Origin: an uncultured Clostridiaceae bacterium
GTDB taxonomy: Bacteria > Bacillota > Clostridia > TANB77 > CAG-508
Assembly: GCA_948356915.1 (NCBI GenBank)
Contig: CAOJCG010000002.1
Coordinates: 128,484 to 192,483 of the forward strand
Length of the DNA stretch: 64,000 bases
Reading direction: 5' to 3'
The notes under the pieces: generated by a model
Databases searched by the model: none
The model's input: only the letters and a program-made list of their open reading frames with translations
Told to the model about the DNA's origin: nothing
Made by a program: the position numbers and the translations under genes
Part shown: one piece after another, positions 39,350-49,490 of the stretch
Numbering within the stretch: position 1 is the first letter of the stretch
Layout of the letters: each line of letters begins with the position of its first letter

Positions 39350-40600
39350 TTATAACATTCCTTTATAATATTTCCATGCAATAACATTTTTAGCTTTTGT
39401 ATAAATATCTCCCTTAGTAATTTTTCCATTATTTATTCCTGTTTTTACTGCTTTTATAATATCATCATAATTTTCTTTTGATGCTTTATTTATTGTAACT
39501 ATTATAATGTCATTTCCTGCTGAAATAGCATTTATTATTGCTTCTTCTATAGTATACTCATTTGCTATTGCCCCCATGTTCATTGCATCTGTAATAATAA
39601 TTCCCTCAAATTTTAAGTCTTCTCTTAATAACTTATGTATTTTAGGTGAAAGTGATGCTGGATTTTCTGGGTCTATGCTTGTTACTATGTTATGGCTTAT
39701 TAGTACAGCTTCTGCTCCTTCTTCTATACCTACCCTAAATGGCTCTAAGTCATTATTGTATATATCTTCATAACTCCTTTCATCTGTTGATGTAGTTTTA
39801 TGTGTGTCTACATTGTTTCCATAGCCTGGAAAATGTTTTAGTGCATATGATACATTACTTTCCTTACTTGCACTTATTACTGTTTTTGCAAAAGTAGCTG
39901 TTATTTCTTTTCCTTGTTTTAATGACCTTTTATACATATAGTCTGTCTCTTTTTCACATATATCTACCACTGGAGCCAAGTTTAAATTAATTCCTAAATT
40001 ACTTAAAAATTTGCTTTTATTTATTGTATCTTGCCAAATTTCCTCGAAACCTCCATTTTGATATATTTCACTTGAATATTTAAATGGTTCGTTTATTAAT
40101 TTTTTGTTACTACTAACTCTTACAACATTTCCTCCTTCTTCATCTACTGCTATTAAAAGTGGTACTTTTGAGACTTCATTAAATTTATTTATTTCATTTT
40201 GTATTTGTTTTTCTGTTTTATCTTTGAAGAAATCTGCAAAAAATAAATATCCTCCAAATTGCTTTTCTTTCAATTTTTCAAAATCACTAGTAGTATGTGT
40301 TCCTACTAAAAATAACTGTGCTATTACTTCATCTTCGGTTAATTCTTTTAGTTTTTCTTCTGCTTTTTGCATATAATTGTTAAGCTTTAATTTATTAGAA
40401 TTATCCTCTTTACTTTCTAACACATTCTTATTTTTGCTCGCCTCCTCGTTAATTACTTCTTGTTCTTTTTCTGCTTTTGTTTGTCTTTTTATATTTATGG
40501 CAAGTGTAAAAACTCCTATAATTAGTATTAAGGCAATAATACTTATAATTATTAATGTTTTTCTTTTATATTTTATTAAATTGTTTTGTTTTTTGTTCAT
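39350..40600 (-). CDS. Glycoside hydrolase family 3 N-terminal domain protein (NagZ-like beta-N-acetylhexosaminidase), membrane-anchored.
   Basis: LIAVDEEGGNVVRV, KHFPGYGN..DTH and an N-terminal TM. Confidence 0.7.
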   Translation of the reverse strand: MNKKQNNLIKYKRKTLIIISIIALILIIGVFTLAINIKRQTKAEKEQEVINEEASKNKNVLESKEDNSNKLKLNNYMQKAEEKLKELTEDEVIAQLFLVGTHTTSDFEKLKEKQFGGYLFFADFFKDKTEKQIQNEINKFNEVSKVPLLIAVDEEGGNVVRVSSNKKLINEPFKYSSEIYQNGGFEEIWQDTINKSKFLSNLGINLNLAPVVDICEKETDYMYKRSLKQGKEITATFAKTVISASKESNVSYALKHFPGYGNNVDTHKTTSTDERSYEDIYNNDLEPFRVGIEEGAEAVLISHNIVTSIDPENPASLSPKIHKLLREDLKFEGIIITDAMNMGAIANEYTIEEAIINAISAGNDIIIVTINKASKENYDDIIKAVKTGINNGKITKGDIYTKAKNVIAWKYYKGML

Positions 40601-40632
40601 TTTCGTTTACTCCTTTATTTTTATAAAACAAA

Positions 40633-40775
40633 AGGGCACAGTGGTATCATTGCCAACGAGGTATTTCAACAAACGGCCCCTACATCGTAAAATTTGATTT
40701 TTCCTATACTACAAGAAAGAGGCATAGTGGTGTCATTTCTAACAAGTATTCCAACAAACGGTGTCCCTACATTTT
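40633..40775. repeat. Tandem pair of CCCCTACA-family units, ggca(c/t)agtgg...aacaaacgg(c/t)(c/g)cctaca, with the aaatttgatttttcctatact core between them.
   Basis: Read directly from the sequence. See also 6115-6168, 8161-8215, 15509-15636, 40855-40913 and 42455-42525. Confidence 0.5.
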
Positions 40776-40788
40776 TTTATTTTGTTGG

Positions 40789-40830
40789 TAAAGAATTGGT
40801 CGCGTCCCAATTCTTTACCAATTCTTTATA
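40789..40830. repeat. Copy 3 (variant) of the GACGCGTC-family palindrome, aaagaattggtcgcgtcccaattcttt, plus a 2x tandem accaattcttt.
   Basis: Read directly from the sequence. Confidence 0.6.
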
Positions 40831-40854
40831 AATGCAGAAGGTGGCTGATTTTAA

Positions 40855-40913
40855 ATTTCTAGGGTTATTTCTTCGAAGACTGGGTCGCCCTTTAGTAGCG
40901 ACCCCTACAATTC
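40855..40913. repeat. CCCCTACA-family unit ctagggttatttcttcgaagactgggtcgccctttagtagcgacccctaca.
   Basis: Read directly from the sequence. Confidence 0.55.
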
Positions 40914-40936
40914 TATTTTTTTGTCTAAACATTGTT

Positions 40937-41719
40937 TTACTTTAATGACATTATTGCGGTATTTCTTCCTGCGTTTTGTTTATCTACTCTATATGAGTGT
41001 AATACATCTTTATTGCATACTGTACATATATTACTTTCTATTATATTTTCTTTTAGCAAGCCAATTTCTTCTAACATTATTCTATTAATTAGATTTGTAT
41101 CTATAAAATATTTCTGTTTTCCTTCTTTTACTTCTCCTTTTTCTATTATCCTATCATTTATATTCATATATGAAAAAGTAGTTTCAAAAATATTTTTTAC
41201 ATCTTCATCTACTTCAAAATGACATTTTCCTATTGCTGGGCCTATACAACAAATGATGTCTTCTGGTTTTGAATTATATTCTTCTATCATTTTCTTTACT
41301 GCTACACACGCAATTTTGTTTGCAGTTCCCTTCCAACCTGAATGTATATCTCCTATTACATTTTTTGCTGGGTCATATAAATAAATTGGTGTGCAATCTG
41401 CAAATCTTAATGAAAATGATATTTCTTTTTTATTTGTTATAAGCCCATCTACTTTGTCTGGCTTAGTTCCTTGATTTTCTATTATTTGTACGAAATTACT
41501 ATGTATTTGTTCTTTTATTTTTACACATTTTTTATAGTCCAAGTTTAAGCTTTCATATAATGTTTTATAGTTTTTACCATCATCTTTTTCATAGTTATTA
41601 CTTCTTGTTGTATAGCAATGTGTAACTCTATCTTTATACTCTAATAACTTTCTAAATTGTAAATATTCTATATCTCCATCTTTTATATGCACCACGTTTT
41701 CGTTTGATAAGTCTTTCAT
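40937..41719 (-). CDS. pgeF: YfiH/PgeF-family (DUF152) purine nucleoside phosphorylase/laccase-domain protein.
   Basis: RFADCTPIYLYDP, GDIHSGWKGT and CIGPAIGKCHFEV. Confidence 0.8.
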   Translation of the reverse strand: MKDLSNENVVHIKDGDIEYLQFRKLLEYKDRVTHCYTTRSNNYEKDDGKNYKTLYESLNLDYKKCVKIKEQIHSNFVQIIENQGTKPDKVDGLITNKKEISFSLRFADCTPIYLYDPAKNVIGDIHSGWKGTANKIACVAVKKMIEEYNSKPEDIICCIGPAIGKCHFEVDEDVKNIFETTFSYMNINDRIIEKGEVKEGKQKYFIDTNLINRIMLEEIGLLKENIIESNICTVCNKDVLHSYRVDKQNAGRNTAIMSLK

Positions 41720-41928
41720 TAAAGCTCCCTCCCTCTTTTAATATATATTACTATACCATTTTATATAATTCAATATTTTGTTACTTTTTAAGTTTCTATA
41801 TTTTTTGAAAAAAATATAAAAACTTAAACTGAATAATTATTAACATTTTAAGGCAATTATAGTATTCTTATAGAAATAAACTTATATTACCTTTATAAAC
41901 TGATAATTATCATAGAAAGGAGCTCAAT

Positions 41929-42177
41929 ATGTCTGAAGTGAAAATTCCTAGAGGCGATAAAAACGTATATGAAAAATTTGATATGGATAATTGGATGTGT
42001 CTCCCCACATATGACCGGAGTAAGGCAACTACATTCTTCGATGTAGCTAACTTAGTATATTGTCGTTCTGAGATAAGTCAATTAACTGATGAAGAATTAA
42101 AGAATCTTGATGTAAAAGAAATATTTTCAAGCATTGCTGAAAATAAGCAGCGTAATGGAGGTAAATTAGGAAATTAA
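41929..42177 (+). CDS. Hypothetical 82-aa protein.
   Basis: ORF track, with an RBS aaaggag. Confidence 0.35.
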   Translation: MSEVKIPRGDKNVYEKFDMDNWMCLPTYDRSKATTFFDVANLVYCRSEISQLTDEELKNLDVKEIFSSIAENKQRNGGKLGN

Positions 42178-42250
42178 ATTGCCAATACTTTTGTTTACAT
42201 TTTTTATTTTTTTAATTGACAAATGTTGGGAAATAATGTATATTATATTT

Positions 42251-42335
42251 AGCAATGTAAATTGCTTTAAAAAAGTTGTTCATAGTGAAACGAACTCCCC
42301 TAGTGTGTGAGACTAGGGGAGTTTCCTTATTTGTC
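42251..42335 (+). ncRNA. Type I TA-like module, copy A: candidate antitoxin sRNA driven by TTGACA(42216)-N17-TATATT(42239). Two hairpins, ending in a bidirectional terminator.
   Basis: Consensus promoter read directly. agcaatgtaaattgct and gaactcccctagtgtgtgagactaggggagtttc hairpins, then a T-tract. Confidence 0.5.
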
Positions 42336-42395
42336 GAATTCTTTGAGTATTAAGTACACTATTATTAATGCAATTATCTTCTGTATCCTGCTCAT
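42327..42395 (-). CDS. 22-aa hydrophobic peptide MSRIQKIIALIIVYLILKEFDK, a candidate type I toxin. Its 3' end overlaps the sRNA terminator.
   Basis: Strong SD aaaggagg 8 nt upstream of the ATG. Conserved in copy B with conservative substitutions (S2N, I7M). Confidence 0.5.
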   Translation of the reverse strand: MSRIQKIIALIIVYLILKEFDK

Positions 42396-42454
42396 AGTGA
42401 TTACCTCCTTTCTACCTTTTCGGCAAAAGGTGGCTTTCTTTACCGAGTAAAAGG

Positions 42455-42525
42455 CACGGTGCCCCGTGCCCCTACTGTACAAAATTTTAAATTGATTTTT
42501 CTTATATAATAAGGAAAGTCGGTGC
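42455..42525. repeat. CCCCTACA-family unit ggcacggtgccccgtgcccctac...aaattgatttttcttatataat.
   Basis: Near-identical to 8161-8215. Confidence 0.5.
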
Positions 42526-42552
42526 AGTTATAAGCTACACCAATTACTTGTA

Positions 42553-42987
42553 TTACCTCTTCTTTCTATACAGTCTCACCGTAGAAACATGATATCCATT
42601 GTCAAATGCTATTGATGTGAAACTGTCTTTATGGAAGTCTTCTGCTGTTTCAGGACTTTCAATAATTTCAAATGCATTTACAAAAGGAAGGTCATATTCC
42701 TTAATTTGTGAAAGCACTTCACTGATACTTGGCTCGAATAATCCGTAATATCCATAGCGATGTAAGCAAACAAAATCTCTGCCTTCCAGTACCTTAAGTT
42801 CACCTTCTCTAACTTCTTCTCTTACATCTTTGTCATAATTCCACAGGTAACTGATGCCTGTAAGCTCTTCCCAAGTAAACTCTCTTAAATAGTGTAGTTT
42901 ACCGTTAACTGTAACAACTGGCTTAATCTGCTCATAGCGTTCCTTTAACTCTTCATTTGAAATTTTAGGTATTGATACATTAAACAT
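42553..42987 (-). CDS. Hypothetical 144-aa acidic protein, GC-elevated, sandwiched between TA-like modules A and B. The start is MFNVS at 42987.
   Basis: ORF track with an RBS ggaggt. Local GC is visibly higher than its surroundings. Confidence 0.5.
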   Translation of the reverse strand: MFNVSIPKISNEELKERYEQIKPVVTVNGKLHYLREFTWEELTGISYLWNYDKDVREEVREGELKVLEGRDFVCLHRYGYYGLFEPSISEVLSQIKEYDLPFVNAFEIIESPETAEDFHKDSFTSIAFDNGYHVSTVRLYRKKR

Positions 42988-43188
42988 TATAACTACCTCC
43001 TTGAATTTTCTTGGAGGCTTAGAAACCTCCAAGTTGTTGAACTATTGGTTTCTAAACAATCTAACATTTGTATTATATAATATTTTACATAAAATTGCAA
43101 GCGGTTTTACAAAAATTTACTTATAAATAATTATTATATTTTTCATTTTTCGATTGACAAATGTTGGAAAATAATGTATATTATATTT

Positions 43189-43270
43189 AGCAATGTAAAT
43201 TGCTTTAAAAAAGTTATTCATAGAGAAATGAACTCCCCTAGTCTTGTACACTAGGGGAGTTTCCTTATTT
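43189..43270 (+). ncRNA. Type I TA-like module, copy B sRNA, driven by TTGACA(43154)-N17-TATATT(43177).
   Basis: Same architecture as copy A. Hairpin gaactcccctagtcttgtacactaggggagtttcc. Confidence 0.5.
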
Positions 43271-43333
43271 GTCAAATTCTTTGAGTATTAAGTACACTAT
43301 TATTAATGCTATCATCTTCTGTATTCTATTCAT
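43265..43333 (-). CDS. 22-aa hydrophobic peptide MNRIQKMIALIIVYLILKEFDK, a candidate type I toxin.
   Basis: SD aaaggagg, and convergent with the sRNA. Its 5'-UTR carries the anti-SD-like hairpin ccttttgccgaagagg. Confidence 0.5.
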   Translation of the reverse strand: MNRIQKMIALIIVYLILKEFDK

Positions 43334-43422
43334 AGAGATTACCTCCTTTCTACCTCTTCGGCAAAAGGTGGTATTATTATATATTATGTTAAATTGTTTT
43401 TCTAGTACTTCGACAAACGTTC

Positions 43423-46400
43423 TTATTTTTCGACTATACTTTTTATTTCTTCTAGAATCTCTTGCTTTTCTTTTTTGCCAATGTAGTTATAATTATTTCC
43501 ATAGCTACCTGCTTTAAATTGGCATATCGATTTATATTCACAGTATTCGCATGGTGTTTTCTTTGTTTTTGTATTGTAATATGGGTTTAAGTTTATATTT
43601 CCGCTTAGTATTTCTTCTGATATCTCTTTTATTATTTTGGCTGTATATTTTTGTAAGTCTTCAAATTGCTCTTTTGTTACTGCATTTGACTTTTTGCTTA
43701 GGTTTCCTTCTTTATCTATATATGCTGGTACTACATTTGAGTTTCCGCTTTCTAGCTTTTTGTCCATCATTTTTACTACTTTTACATCTGCTAGTATTAA
43801 CCCATTCATTTTAAATTTTTTCTTTAGTTCTTCTTCTATTTGTTCATCTGACATATATTTTTCTGCTTTTATTACTGGGTCTATTAAGCTAAAGTAAAGT
43901 ACCCCTGCTGGGAACATTTCTTCTATTTTACATGTTGCATCTAGGTATGTTAAGAGCTGAATTTGAAGCCCTGCTACTACTTCATTTAAGTCTATATTTT
44001 TTACTGAAGATTTATAGTCTATTATTCTTATATATTTTCCGTTTTCATCTTTTGCTAAGTCTATTCTGTCTATTTTTCCGGTTATTTCTACTTTCTTTCC
44101 ATCCTGTAATTGCAGGCTTATTGGTTCGTAGTCTTTTCCTTTTTTAAATTCTAGCTCACTTCCAAATACCTGAAAGTCACTTTCTTTCAAACTTTCTATT
44201 ATATATTTCATAGACTTTTGTATTACTCTTTTTAGCCTTCTTGTTAGTAATTTATATTTGTCTGTACTTGTAAATATATAGTTTTTACTAATTGATAGTT
44301 TTTCCTCTACAATTTTGTCTATTAGTTCATACATGTGCTCTTCTGTTATTTCTTTTACATCTAATTCTTTTTCTCTTATTGTTTTAAAGAATGTATCTAT
44401 TACATCATGCATAAAGTTTCCTGTATCTACCATTTGTACTTTGAATTCGTTTGTATCACGTATTTTTAAACCATATTTTAAATAGTATGAAAAACCACAT
44501 GCTTTATATTGTTCTAGTCTTGATACTGTTGTATTTAGTGTGTTTCCATATAATTTGTCTATATTTTCTTTTGAAATTTTTTCTGGCTTATTTGTATAGT
44601 TTAATGCTTTTATTGCTGATTCTAGTTTATATTTCCAATCTTCGTTTTTACTTAAAATTTCATATATTTTAAACCAAATTTTATCTATTTTTTCTCCATC
44701 TCTAAACTTTGCTAAATTTACTATTAGTTCATCAAAACAAGAATTTCCTGAAATTATTTCATTTTGTTCATACACCATATCGCTTTCTTCTTTTAATTTT
44801 GGAAAAATCTTTTTTATTTTTGTTACTAAAATTGATGGTCTTAATGAGCTTCCATCAATATTTGTTGATACATAAGATAGAAATAGCTTTTCTTCTGCTG
44901 TGCAAAATGCTTTATAAATGCTAAAGTTATCTTCATAAAGTGCTTCTAAAGTGCCTTTTGCAAGTTCTATTCCTTTTTCTTTTAGTTTTTTTCTGTCTTC
45001 ATCTCCTAAAAATCCTTCGTCTTTATGAACTGTAGGAAATGCTCCATCATTCATTCCTAAAATAAATACTGCTTTTACTTTATGTGTTCTACTTCTTTCT
45101 ATGTCTCCTACTATTACTTGGTCAGCAGTTTGTGGTATTCTTCCTAAGCCACTTGAGTTTAAACCTATTTTTACTAAGTTCATATATTTTTCAAAGCTTA
45201 TTTTCTCTTCTTCAAATATCATATTTAGTTCATCTAGCACATTTATGACTATGTTCCATGCCAATTCTTGTTCTTTTGATAGCTCTATATGTCCTTCTTT
45301 TTCTAATTTTTCTTTTTTATCTATAAGTGTTTTATCTATTTTGTTTTCTATTAGAAAGTTATATATTGCCTTTGTTATATTACCAACTGTTTTGTTTCTC
45401 AAAATATCTTCTTTTAACTTAACTAATGGATTTACTACTATGTTTCTAATGTTTTTTATTCTTTCTAATTGCTCTTTATTCTCCTTTGTTTCATCACCAA
45501 AGTTCCATTCTCCTTGGTACCATTTTGAGCCTTTTATTCCCCACTTTTTAGAATAGTTTTCAAACATATATATATCATCATTATCTAAGTTTAAAAAACC
45601 TGTTTTTATATAATTTATTATAGAATCATAAGACCAGCTTTTTGCGTATACATCTAATATACTCATTATATATTTTATAAAAATGTTTTGACTAAGTTCT
45701 TTTTTCTCATCTATAAATACTGGTATATCATATGCTTTAAATATCGCTTTTACTAAACTTGAATAAGTATCTAAATTTTTTGTTATTACTGAAATGTCTT
45801 TATATCTGTAATTTTCATTTTTTACTAATTTTATAATTTGTTTTGCTACATTTTCTATTTCTGAATATGCATTTGTAGCTAAAAATAACTTTATATTATC
45901 CACATTTCTTTCATATATTGTGTATGGTATTTTATATATGTTTTTCTCTATATGTTTAAGTTCTTTACTTTTAAATCTATACATTTCTTCTAGAAATATT
46001 GTTTTTTCACATTCTATATTATTTTTTCTTGCTAAATATAATAGCTTGTCAGCTGTTTGCTTGTTAGAATAGAATATATCTGAATCTTCATTTGTTCCCA
46101 TGTCTAAGTTATTTGTTGTTACTGTTATAGATATTTGTTTGGCTACTTTTAAAAGTTTTTCTATTATTTTATATTCTTGCTTTGTATAACCTGTAAATTC
46201 ATCTATATATATTAAAGTATCTTTAAACATATTTGTATTATCTAGGTTAGCCGCGAGTATTGTTAATACATCATTTTCGTCTATATATTTATCTTGCAAG
46301 CTTTTTTCAAATTTTTGATATATATATTGTAAGTCTTTTAACTTTTCTTTTAAGTATCTATCTTCTTCTATTTCTATTAAATTTTGTATGTTCTCTAAAG

Positions 46401-46780
46401 TAACATTGTGCTTTTTAAATTCTGTTAATGCTGTATCTATAAGTTCTACATTTTGCTCTGATTTGCCTAAAAATTTTAAATTTGTTTTGCTGTCTTGTAA
46501 AATGCTATAAATAATCATAGCTTTGGCAGATTTGGATATTTTTTTGTCTATTACTCCTCCGAACTTCATTCTCTACCCTGTATGCCATACGTTTAAATGT
46601 TAAAACTTCTGCATTAACAATAGCTCCAGTTTCTTGTTTATCTAGTAGCTTTTTTTCTGCTGAGTATGAAAATTGTTCTGGGGTTATTATATATATTTTA
46701 TTTTTATTGTTACTGTTTAGTTTTTCTATTGTTTCGTTTAAGCAAAACTCGCTTTTACCGTGTTCCGCTTCTTCCGCATA
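43423..46780 (-). CDS. addB: ATP-dependent helicase/deoxyribonuclease subunit B, interrupted by three +1 frameshifts at in-frame CGG codons (plus-strand CCG at 46775, 46758, 46559). No addA follows it.
   Basis: The 1048-aa body plus the N-terminus in other frames gives M-GRSGT-GKSEFCLNE...IITPEQFSYSAEK...RMAYRVENEV-GGVIDKK once each extra C is skipped. This restores the Walker A GRSGTGKS. A C-terminal Fe-S Cys cluster is present. Confidence 0.8.
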
Positions 46781-47043
46781 TTAACCTTAAGCTCATATTT
46801 AGTCTCCTTTTAATATCCTTTTAGATAATAACATATAATTATTATAGCATATAATAATATTTAATACTATTATTTATTTAGTTTTTTAGTAATAATAATT
46901 AATTATTATTTTGCACCTTTAAATGTAATTTATATAGAAAATTAGACATTTTTCATGCTTGCTTTTTTGGTCTTTATTATATATAATCGTACTGTATAAG
47001 TTTTAGATGAAAAATATTTTTATTAATCAAGGAGATGAAATAA

Positions 47044-48780
47044 TTGGATAAAAATTTTAAACCCCAAAAGAACAAAATATATAAAGAAGTCTATGTAGAT
47101 AATTTTAGAGAACTTTTAGACTATACTACTAAACAATTTTCAAATAGAATTGCTTTTAGTTATAAAATAGATGTAAATAGTAAGACCCCTGAATATGTAA
47201 ATGTTACATTTGAAAAGCATCATGAAGATGTAAAAGCATTTTCTACGAAACTTCTTTCTATGGGCCTAAAAGGTAAAAGAGTTGCTATTATTAGCCATAA
47301 TCAGTACCCTTGGCCTGTAAGCTATATGTCTATTAATACTGGCGATATGGTATGTGTTCCTTTAGATTATTTATTACCTGAAAATGAAATTGAAAATTTA
47401 CTTATTCGTAGTAATGCAGAAGCTATTATTTTTGATGGAAAATTTTTAGAAATATTTAAAAATATAAAAAATAAAAATACTACTAATTTAAAGTATTATA
47501 TTAATATGAATTCTACTGAGCATGAAGAAGATATTCTATCTTTTTGGGAACTATTAGAAGAAGGATATAATTTACGAAAAAATGGTGATATTTCTTACGA
47601 TAATATTCAAATAGATAGTACTAAAATGTCTGTTTTATTATTTACTTCTGGTACCACTGAAATTTCAAAAGCAGTTATGCTTTCCCAAAGAAATATATGT
47701 TCTAATGTTTCTGCAATGACTACTTTAATTAAATATGAAGAAGATGATAAAGTTCTTTCATTTTTACCTTTGCACCATACTTTTGAATGTACTGCAACAT
47801 ATCTTTTCTGCTTCTTTATTGGTTTTAATATTTGTTACTGTGATGGTTTAAGGCATATTGCTAAAAACTTAGTAGAATATAAAATTTCTGGAATGGTATG
47901 TGTTCCAGCTGTTTTAGATGTAATGTATCGTCAAATTTGGAAAAATATTAAGCAAAAGAATTTAACTATACTTGTAAAAATTATGATGATCATTTCCAAC
48001 TTTTTATTACTATTACACATAGATATAAGAAGAAAGTTATTTAAGAGTATTTTAGAACCTTTAGGTGGAGCTTTAAGAACTATAATTTATGGCTCTGCTT
48101 CTGCTGATATTAAAGTAATTAAGTTTTTTAATTCAATTGGTATACGCATGATTCAAGGCTATGGCTTAACAGAAACTTCTCCTGTTATTTCTTGTGAAAG
48201 TGATAAATACCAAAAACCTGGCAGTGCTGGTAGACCTTTGTTTTGTGAAGATGTTCAAATTATTAATAAAGATGAAACTGGAATTGGGGAAATCACTGTA
48301 AAAGGGCCCAATGTTATGCTAGGTTATTATGAAAATGAAGAAAAAACAAAAGAGGTTTTAGTAAATGGCTATTTTCATACAGGTGATTTAGGCTATATTG
48401 ATAAAGATGGCTACCTTTTTGTAACAGGACGTATTAAAGATATGATTGTTCTAAAAAATGGAAAGAAAATCTTTCCACAAGAATTAGAAATATTATTAAA
48501 TAATTCTTCTTTAATTGAAGAAAGTTTTGTATACCTTTCTCCTACTGGAAACGATAAGTTATGTACAAAATTAGTATATAGTATGGATAATGACAGTTTA
48601 AAAGGAAAAAATGAAGAGGAAATTTATGAAATGTTAAAAGGAGAAGTAAAAAAAGTCAACTCACAAATTCCGCCTTATAAAAATATCTTTGAAATTAAAA
48701 TTACTACTGAGCCTTTAATAAAAACTACTACTCAAAAAATTAAAAGGCATGAGGAAATAAAGAAAATATTAGGGAATTAA
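47044..48780 (+). CDS. AMP-dependent synthetase/ligase (long-chain acyl-CoA synthetase-like).
   Basis: LFTSGTTEISKAV AMP-binding motif, GYGLTETSP and GDLGYIDKDGYLFVTGR. Confidence 0.8.
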   Translation: MDKNFKPQKNKIYKEVYVDNFRELLDYTTKQFSNRIAFSYKIDVNSKTPEYVNVTFEKHHEDVKAFSTKLLSMGLKGKRVAIISHNQYPWPVSYMSINTGDMVCVPLDYLLPENEIENLLIRSNAEAIIFDGKFLEIFKNIKNKNTTNLKYYINMNSTEHEEDILSFWELLEEGYNLRKNGDISYDNIQIDSTKMSVLLFTSGTTEISKAVMLSQRNICSNVSAMTTLIKYEEDDKVLSFLPLHHTFECTATYLFCFFIGFNICYCDGLRHIAKNLVEYKISGMVCVPAVLDVMYRQIWKNIKQKNLTILVKIMMIISNFLLLLHIDIRRKLFKSILEPLGGALRTIIYGSASADIKVIKFFNSIGIRMIQGYGLTETSPVISCESDKYQKPGSAGRPLFCEDVQIINKDETGIGEITVKGPNVMLGYYENEEKTKEVLVNGYFHTGDLGYIDKDGYLFVTGRIKDMIVLKNGKKIFPQELEILLNNSSLIEESFVYLSPTGNDKLCTKLVYSMDNDSLKGKNEEEIYEMLKGEVKKVNSQIPPYKNIFEIKITTEPLIKTTTQKIKRHEEIKKILGN

Positions 48781-48812
48781 AAAGATGGCATTACGCCATC
48801 CTTTTTAATTTC

Positions 48813-49256
48813 TTAGTTAATTGTATCGTCTGGACTATAAAAAACATATTTTGTCTCCTTATGTCCTAGTCCTAATGTCCATATTGTTGGTTCTGCTTTT
48901 CTTTCGCATTTTACTAATATAGGAACATTCTGAAAAAGGTACTCAACTTCATAATTTATTACATTCCGTTTTGTACTTGATCTTTCAGGTATTAAGTACT
49001 GATATGTATATCCACCGAAAGTATTCTCTTCCTCATTTAGTAATGTTGGTCTAATTGCTTCTTTTACTTCCCACTCCCCCATTTTAGTAGGCTCAACTAT
49101 TCCAAAGATAATAGTAACAAATGCACATGGCAGTCCTAACCAAATAAGCAACATTCCTATTAATATTGATTCCTTTTTCTTATCAAATATTTTATCAAGT
49201 AACAATATTATTATAATTAATGCTACAATTCCTATTAAACTTGCTATCATATTCAA
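48813..49256 (-). CDS. Hypothetical membrane protein.
   Basis: ORF track; two N-terminal TM helices. Confidence 0.45.
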   Translation of the reverse strand: MNMIASLIGIVALIIIILLLDKIFDKKKESILIGMLLIWLGLPCAFVTIIFGIVEPTKMGEWEVKEAIRPTLLNEEENTFGGYTYQYLIPERSSTKRNVINYEVEYLFQNVPILVKCERKAEPTIWTLGLGHKETKYVFYSPDDTIN

Positions 49257-49490
49257 TTCTCCTTTTCTTTAATTAAAGACATTGTTTATGAGTTACATAT
49301 CTATGTTAAACCGATATTATAATCGGGTTAAAAAGGAACTTAAATTTTTCTAGCACTAATATTAACATAATTTTTTCTAAAAGTCAATTAGTTATTACAT
49401 ATCGTGAAATGTTGTACTATATTTTCCATTGACATTTTTCGACTTTTATCATATTATAGCATTATAATTTTTATAGAAAAGGTGATTAAT

